Source: an archaeon
GTDB taxonomy: Archaea > B1Sed10-29 > JAJSAI01
Assembly (NCBI GenBank): GCA_024274695.1
Contig: JAJSAI010000030.1
Coordinates: 1-21,515 of the forward strand
DNA: 21,515 bases
Direction: 5' to 3'
The position numbers and the translations under genes were made by a program. The notes under the pieces were generated by a model. That model saw nothing but the letters and a program-made list of their open reading frames with translations. It had not been told where the DNA came from and searched no databases. Each line of letters starts with the position of its first letter. Within the stretch, counting starts at the first letter, position 1. Below are positions 16,380 through 21,515 of the stretch, piece by piece.

Positions 16380-16617
16380 ACTTGCCCTTCTTCCCAGGTT
16401 TTATGAAAACGTCCGCGATTATCTTTGCTATCAGCACGAGTATGAGAAGGTATGTTGGGTACCACCAGAGGTCGCTTCTGGGAGGCCCTGTCCTGGTGAA
16501 CACGAGCGTGTACCACTGGCCCATCATGAACACGAACAGAGTGTACCCGATGAAGAACAAGAGCATGTCCTTTACTGCCACCCAGATGTCCTTAACTTCA
16601 GGCCCTATTATCGCCAT
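16378..16617 (-). CDS. Small membrane protein (79 aa, 2 TM)
   Basis: Two hydrophobic helices and a basic C-terminus. Upstream element GAAAACAGTTAAAAA. Confidence 0.7.
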   Translation of the reverse strand: MAIIGPEVKDIWVAVKDMLLFFIGYTLFVFMMGQWYTLVFTRTGPPRSDLWWYPTYLLILVLIAKIIADVFIKPGKKGK

Positions 16618-16643
16618 GGGAGTAATTATGTGCGGGCATGTTT

Positions 16644-17267
16644 TTAACTGTTTTCACAGCCTCTCTTCCCGGCTTTCAGGAGCACCCAGAAATTTTTTTC
16701 CTCGCGCGTTCCGGGCATGAAAACCCTTTTCTACGCGCGGAATCCTTTTTTCTCAAACTCTCTTAGGACGATTTTCTCTTCCTCTCTTGTTTTAGGGTAG
16801 AACTGGAGTACCACGAGCCCGTTTCTTCTGAGGACCCTGTGGAATTCTCCTGCTATCCGCGAGTAGTTTTCAATAACCTCTTCCCTTGTCTTTCCAGTGA
16901 CCCACTGGAGTGCTGAGATGCACACGATCCCGTCAAAGGAAGAGTCAGGAAAAGGAAGGCTCCTCATGTCCGCTTTAACAACACTGAGGCCTTTTTGCCT
17001 GGCTATCTTGAGCATGGGCTCTGCTACGTCCACTCCCACGACGTCGTAGCCTTCTCTCTCAAGGACCATTGTGGAAAATCCTGTCCCGCAGCCAGCGTCC
17101 AGAATCCTTCCTTTTGACAGCCCGTGCTCCCTGAGGAGTGCCACCGCGTGCTCTGTCATTGCCTCCTGCACTCTCTTCATTCTAGAGCTTTTCTCGTAGT
17201 TCCGGGCAGTGTCTTCTGAAAAGTATACTTCAGGGTAGTAGTACTCTAGTTCCCAGGCTTTTTTCAC
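16644..17267 (-). CDS. Bud23/WBSCR22-like class I SAM methyltransferase, interrupted by an in-frame TAG at 16733-16731 (ORF track ends at 16731)
   Basis: PEVYF..ARNY..SSRM.RVQ..MT..A..LL, ILDAGCGTG, FDGIVCISALQW and VLQFYPK. The frame continues after the TAG as KRVFMPGTREEKNFWVLLKAGKRGCENS to TAA at 16646-16644. Confidence 0.8.
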
Positions 17268-17635
17268 TGCCTCATCCTCTGGACTTCTGCCTTCAGCTCG
17301 TCCAAAGCCCTCTGGAGCTCCTCAATCCTCCGGCTTATGCTCTCAATATCTCCTGAGACTCCCTTCGCCACGGCCACCGTGGAGTAGGCCTGGGTGACCG
17401 GCTGAGGGTCCAGGGGTTCCTCCTCTTCCAGGGGCTTGGCGTCCCAAACGCTCTTAGGAGGCTTTATGCTCGGAGGAATAGATATCAGCTTCCTCTGCTT
17501 AGGCGCTCCGACAGGGGGCTTCCAGAAAAGCTTTTCCCTCTCAAGCTCTTTTTCCCTGTTCTTCTTCTGTACTTCCTGTATCCTCTGCTGGGCTTCCCTC
17601 TCGTACTTCGCTATTATTTCATTCATCAGGGCCAT
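17264..17635 (-). CDS. Hypothetical protein: coiled coil, Pro-rich linker, coiled coil
   Basis: Heptad-like ends and its own TATA (GAAAGGTTTATAAAA, 17657-17671). Its stop overlaps the next start (GTGA). Confidence 0.7.
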   Translation of the reverse strand: MALMNEIIAKYEREAQQRIQEVQKKNREKELEREKLFWKPPVGAPKQRKLISIPPSIKPPKSVWDAKPLEEEEPLDPQPVTQAYSTVAVAKGVSGDIESISRRIEELQRALDELKAEVQRMRQ

Positions 17636-17658
17636 GATCTGAAAAAGGAAACAGGGTT

Positions 17659-18018
17659 TTATAAACCTTTCGCGGCATCCTCTAAAACCGGGTTCAGAGA
17701 GTACTCCTGACCTTTGCGTACCATGATCTTGAGGGACTCCAGCTCGGCCTCATGGTCCTCAAAATCCTTTCCCGACAGGAACTCAAGCTCCCGCAGTGTC
17801 CTGTTCTTTACCAGGAGCAGCTTCACCGCCTTGCGCACCGCGGGAGAGAACTTTTTCCACATGCTCGGGAAAGAGACGACCTTAAGCTCCCCGTACTCGT
17901 CCAGGACCACGAAGGACGGGGTGTTACACTGGCTGCACTTGACCCAGTCAAAGAACACAGAATCTGACGTGAATGCCTTGAGCGTTGTCCCGCACTCAGG
18001 ACACTTCGCCACTATCAT
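17659..18018 (-). CDS. Zn-ribbon plus winged-helix protein (putative regulator)
   Basis: CPEC...CSQC followed by a helix-turn-helix-wing-like segment (RTLRELEFLSG...LESLKIMVRKGQEYSLNP). Confidence 0.7.
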   Translation of the reverse strand: MIVAKCPECGTTLKAFTSDSVFFDWVKCSQCNTPSFVVLDEYGELKVVSFPSMWKKFSPAVRKAVKLLLVKNRTLRELEFLSGKDFEDHEAELESLKIMVRKGQEYSLNPVLEDAAKGL

Positions 18019-18061
18019 GGCCTGAAAACGCTTTTATTTTATTTAAAACATAATGTTTTTC

Positions 18062-18535
18062 ATGATCATGAACCGCAGGGTATACGAGTCCTGGAAGCCG
18101 GTGCAGTACGCGAAGTACAAGGGGATTCTGGAGAAGGTAAGGCAGTTCATAAGAAAAGGCAGCCTGTTTGATTACGGGATAGGCCCAGGATGGCTTGAGA
18201 TGTTCTTGGACGAACAGGGGATAACATTTGACAGGATAGTAGGTTTTGACACCAACCCTGAGATGACTGAGCCGAGACTGGCGAATGTGGAGTACGTTTT
18301 CGAGGGGCCTGTTGAGGAGGAGTTTGACAACGTGTTCTGCATTGACACCGCGCACTTGCTGCACGAGCCAGAGGAGGAGCTCGCCCACCTTGTCAGAAAG
18401 GGAGGGCTTCTTGTGGTGTCAGTGCCCATGAGGTTCATGAACAAGATGCCAAAGTTCAAGAACATGAGGCTCCTCGCTAAAGGGATTGTCGGCAGCCGGG
18501 AAAAGGATTTCTTCTGGGCCTGGGAAAAGGTTTAA
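18062..18535 (+). CDS. Small class I SAM-dependent methyltransferase-like protein
   Basis: LFDYGIGPG (motif I-like), IVGFD, FDNVFCIDTAH and VRKGGLLVVS. Start uncertain (18053, 18062 or 18068). Confidence 0.75.
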   Translation: MIMNRRVYESWKPVQYAKYKGILEKVRQFIRKGSLFDYGIGPGWLEMFLDEQGITFDRIVGFDTNPEMTEPRLANVEYVFEGPVEEEFDNVFCIDTAHLLHEPEEELAHLVRKGGLLVVSVPMRFMNKMPKFKNMRLLAKGIVGSREKDFFWAWEKV

Positions 18536-18537
18536 AA
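18524..18537 (+). promoter_or_regulatory. BRE/TATA promoter overlapping the upstream stop
   Basis: GAAAAGGTTTAAAA lies about 25 nt before ATG 18563. Confidence 0.55.
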
Positions 18538-18562
18538 CCACTTCCGGGATAAAGGAGAAACG

Positions 18563-19108
18563 ATGCTGGGAACGGATTTAGTGCTCTTGTGGGCCGCGAT
18601 AATAGTACAAGCGTGCCTAGTCGGAATTCTACTAAGGAAATGGCTTCAGGCCCACAACAACCCGAAAGCGGTGCTCATAATCTTCTTCACCACATCCTGC
18701 CTGCTGTTGACCATGACAGCGTTCGAAGTAGCGACCATTGAACACGCTAAGATAGGGGTCCTGGGCCCTGCTGCCGCTTTCATAGCTGTCTCATCCCTGT
18801 TCGATCCCAGGATAAAAAAGTGGTCCGTGACTGCGTACGCGATAGTGACCATCGTGGTCCTGCTGATTCCATTTTCATGGACCCTTAGGGTGATAGCAGT
18901 TTTCCTATCCATAGGCAGCCTGATCATCTCTGGATGGGCGTACGTAACAACCAGGAACAAGGGGATGCTGTACTTCACCCTTGGGATAGCCCTGTTCACC
19001 GTGGCTGGGCTGACCGCAAGCCTTGAACTCCTGCCCCACCAGGTGAACATGGTCGGTATAATAATCGGAGTGCTCATGTGGAGTCTACCATTCGTGCGAG
19101 GCAGTTAG
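18563..19108 (+). CDS. Polytopic membrane protein (about 6-7 TM), unknown function
   Basis: Consecutive hydrophobic helices with short basic loops. Ends 1 nt before glyS. Confidence 0.75.
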   Translation: MLGTDLVLLWAAIIVQACLVGILLRKWLQAHNNPKAVLIIFFTTSCLLLTMTAFEVATIEHAKIGVLGPAAAFIAVSSLFDPRIKKWSVTAYAIVTIVVLLIPFSWTLRVIAVFLSIGSLIISGWAYVTTRNKGMLYFTLGIALFTVAGLTASLELLPHQVNMVGIIIGVLMWSLPFVRGS

Positions 19109-19109
19109 C

Positions 19110-20579
19110 ATGGCTGAAAAAACGTTCTACGAGAAGATAATGGAGAAAATGCTCAAAAGAGCATTCTTTTACCCGAGTTGCGAGATCTACGGAGGGTTCT
19201 CCGGATTCTACGATTACGGGTCCACTGGGACCAGAATAAAGCGCAAGTGGGAAGACTTCTGGAGAAGGTTCTTCCTGGGCCTGGAGGAGAGCTTTTACGA
19301 GATACAGCCCGCGGAAGTAATGCCAGAACCGGTGTTCGAGGCGTCTGGGCACCTGAAGGAATTCGTGGACCCCCTCGTGCAGTGCTCCAAGTGCGGGTAC
19401 TACGAGCGGGCTGACACTATAATGGAAGAACAGTTGCACGAGACGTTCGAGGGAATAACCCCTAAAGAGCTTGACAGGCTTATAAAAGAGCATGGGATCA
19501 AGTGCCCGAAGTGCGGGGGAAAGCTTAAGGAGGTCACGGTCCTCAACCTTATGTTCAACTTTGACGTGGGAATATTCCACTCCGTGACAAAGGGGTACCT
19601 GAGGCCTGAAACAGCCCAAGGATCGTACGTGTGCTTCAAGAGAGAGTACAAGGCCAACCGGGAGAAACTGCCGTTAGGGCTCGCGGTGGTGGGAAAAGCG
19701 TTCAGGAACGAGATATCACCCAGGCAAGGCCTGTTCAGGATGAGAGAGTTCACCCAGGCAGAGCTCCAGATCTTCTTTGATCCTGACAAGATAAACGAAC
19801 ACCCAATGTTCCCTGAAGTAAAGGACAGGGTCCTCAGGGTGGTTCCGGCCAGCGAGAGGGAAAAAGGAGAACAAATGCTCTCGTGCGAGCAACTCGTCCA
19901 AAAGGGATACCCTGAGTTCGCGGTTTATTACATGGCAAGAGTCCAGGAGTTCTACGAGCGGCTTGGAGTCCCGTTAGACAGGTTCAGGTTCTACGAAAAG
20001 AACGAGGAGGAGAGGGCGTTCTACAACAAGCTCCACTTTGACGTGGAGATATTCCTGGAGTCCTTCGGGAAGTACACAGAAGTCGCAGGATTCCACTACA
20101 GGGGAGACCATGACCTGAAGGGCCACCAGAAGGTGTCAGGAGAGGACATGAGCGTGCTCAAGGAAGGAAAAAGATTCATTCCCCACGTGCTGGAGCTGAG
20201 CTTCGGGGTTGACAGAAACTTTTTCACGCTCATGGACCTAGGATACAGGGAAGAAGGGAAGAGGCAGTGGTTCTCCCTGCCGGCGTTCGTCGCGCCCTGG
20301 ACCGCTGGAGTCTACCCCCTCGTGAAAAAGGACGGGCTTGACAAGAAGGCCCGGGAAGTCCAGAGGATGCTCGCGGAAGAGGGTGTTGACTGCTTTTACG
20401 ATGAGAAAGGGTCTATCGGAAAGAGGTACGCTCGGGCCGATGAAATAGGGGTCGCGTACGGGATAACAATAGACTACCAGACACTGGAAGACGACACAGT
20501 GACCGTGAGGGAAAGAGACTCCACGCAACAAGAGAGAGTCAGTATAAGCGAGCTCGCCGAGAAGCTCAGAACATTTTAG
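19110..20579 (+). CDS. glyS: Glycine--tRNA ligase (alpha2, archaeal/eukaryal type)
   Basis: EIYGG..YDYG, LRPETAQG, GKAFRNEISPRQGLFRMREFTQAE, ELSFGVDR and anticodon domain SIGKRYARADEIG. CxxC..CxxC insertion. Confidence 0.97.
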   Translation: MAEKTFYEKIMEKMLKRAFFYPSCEIYGGFSGFYDYGSTGTRIKRKWEDFWRRFFLGLEESFYEIQPAEVMPEPVFEASGHLKEFVDPLVQCSKCGYYERADTIMEEQLHETFEGITPKELDRLIKEHGIKCPKCGGKLKEVTVLNLMFNFDVGIFHSVTKGYLRPETAQGSYVCFKREYKANREKLPLGLAVVGKAFRNEISPRQGLFRMREFTQAELQIFFDPDKINEHPMFPEVKDRVLRVVPASEREKGEQMLSCEQLVQKGYPEFAVYYMARVQEFYERLGVPLDRFRFYEKNEEERAFYNKLHFDVEIFLESFGKYTEVAGFHYRGDHDLKGHQKVSGEDMSVLKEGKRFIPHVLELSFGVDRNFFTLMDLGYREEGKRQWFSLPAFVAPWTAGVYPLVKKDGLDKKAREVQRMLAEEGVDCFYDEKGSIGKRYARADEIGVAYGITIDYQTLEDDTVTVRERDSTQQERVSISELAEKLRTF

Positions 20580-21312
20580 CCTTGTCCATTTCCCTCAGTT
20601 CTGCGAGAAGGTCTATAACGTTTATTCCCCTCTCGCTTATCTCGTAAGGGAACCACCTGAGCGGGTGCGACTGGTTAGCCATCCTAGCTATTCTCAGCTT
20701 CCTCCTGTCGCCCGCGGCCATCATTTCTATCGCGCTGTCGCACAAGTAAGCGAGAGTGGTCTCGTCCTCGTCGGAGTGAACGTTCCCCTCCAGCAGGAAC
20801 ATTCCAACCGCGTTGTACTTTTTAACGAACCCTATGAGCACCTGCATGAACTTGAAGAACCTGTTCTTTTCTTCGTTCGCCTGGAGCAGGACGTCCGTGA
20901 GCGAGTCGAAAACCATTCTCCCGTGAAACCCTTTCCCAAAACCAGCCCTCTCAAACGCCCTCTTCAGGACGTCCGTGATCTCATTAAAGTTAGAGAGCCG
21001 CTTGACCATGAGCTCCTCCTCAGAATTTCCCCCAGTCCTCCAGGAGTACGCGTCCACGAACACGATCCTCTTAAGATCCTCGTCTGAAAGCCCGAGCTCA
21101 AAACTCCTGAAGCCCCTAACGCACTCCTCTCGGGGGTTACTAGTGGAAAGATAGACAACCTTCTCCCCTCTCCTGAGACCTTCTGCAAGGAACTGCCTGG
21201 CCAAAGTGGTCTTCCCGGACCCAGGAGGCCCCACCACCAGAACAGCAGAAGGAGCGACAAAGCCCCCTGACAGTATCTCGTCAAGCCTCTTAACCCCAGT
21301 AGAGGTCCTCAT
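20566..21312 (-). CDS. KaiC-like (RAD55/RecA superfamily) single-domain ATPase
   Basis: STGVKRLDEILSGG, Walker A GPPGSGKTT, VFDSLT and C-terminal RKLRIARM..FPYEISERGI. Confidence 0.9.
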   Translation of the reverse strand: MRTSTGVKRLDEILSGGFVAPSAVLVVGPPGSGKTTLARQFLAEGLRRGEKVVYLSTSNPREECVRGFRSFELGLSDEDLKRIVFVDAYSWRTGGNSEEELMVKRLSNFNEITDVLKRAFERAGFGKGFHGRMVFDSLTDVLLQANEEKNRFFKFMQVLIGFVKKYNAVGMFLLEGNVHSDEDETTLAYLCDSAIEMMAAGDRRKLRIARMANQSHPLRWFPYEISERGINVIDLLAELREMDKAKMF

Positions 21313-21515
21313 TCTATCACGTCCAGGATCCTCAACCGCTTCCCATCGTACTCTCCCATGAAAATCCGCTTACCCACGCCGGGCAGACCCGCCTTTATTA
21401 TGACCTTCTCGTCAGCCCTCCTGAACAGGATCTCCCCATCCACGTCCCTCCGGAGCACAGGACTCCCCGGGCCTGTCCTGACCACGAAAACACAAGACGC
21501 TCCCACGCTCTTCGT
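21309..21515 (-). CDS. C-terminal part of a gene running off the window, possibly a degenerate KaiC-like domain
   Basis: Frame is open to the window end. GASCVFVV...DVDGEILF...VIIK resembles the KaiC C-terminal strands. ATGA overlap with the ATPase. Confidence 0.55.
   Translation of the reverse strand, partial: TKSVGASCVFVVRTGPGSPVLRRDVDGEILFRRADEKVIIKAGLPGVGKRIFMGEYDGKRLRILDVIE

Noticed and set aside
16340-16516. Longer starts from the ORF track (16516; likewise 14890, 13289, 6023, 9403)
   Set aside because: These extensions overlap neighbouring genes, promoters or the 5S rRNA and lack family-like sequence.
2564-21284. Numerous antisense or alternate-frame ORFs of 60-200 aa
   Set aside because: They are shadow ORFs of well-supported genes, Ser/Phe/Leu-rich as expected from the reverse complement of purine-rich coding DNA, with no motifs.
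1-21515. Genome-wide TAG reassignment
   Set aside because: TAG ends several full-length genes at their expected C-termini (8223, 9422, 10980, 10977 on the minus strand, 19108, 20579). Read-through of deoA would run far into the convergent gene.
1-21515. CRISPR array, tRNA, IS element, provirus or replication origin
   Set aside because: No repeat-spacer periodicity, cloverleaf, transposase/integrase motif or sizeable intergenic region with ORB-like repeats was seen by eye.

Overview
Gene-dense, compact archaeal chromosomal segment with archaeal MCM, aIF-2beta, aIF-1A, archaeal/eukaryal-type GlyRS and BRE/TATA promoters. The stand-alone 5S rRNA gene, AMP-phosphorylase pathway and many overlapping genes are consistent with, but do not prove, a DPANN-type genome. 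Contents in order: M24 peptidase, PAP2 phosphatase, two tandem 73-aa paralogs, HemK2 methyltransferase, an mcm-presenilin-OB fold-aIF2beta-DUF424-aIF1A cluster, a BtrH-like protein, an R15P isomerase-YunC-AMP phosphorylase operon (no RuBisCO in the window), an amidohydrolase, HARP (RNA-free RNase P), a nitroreductase, 5S rRNA, a membrane-anchored alpha-solenoid surface protein with six regularly spaced Cys pairs, KaiC-like/membrane modules, a Bud23-like methyltransferase interrupted by an in-frame TAG, and glyS. No mobile element, CRISPR array or tRNA was seen. All family calls come from recognising motifs by eye; no database searches were run.
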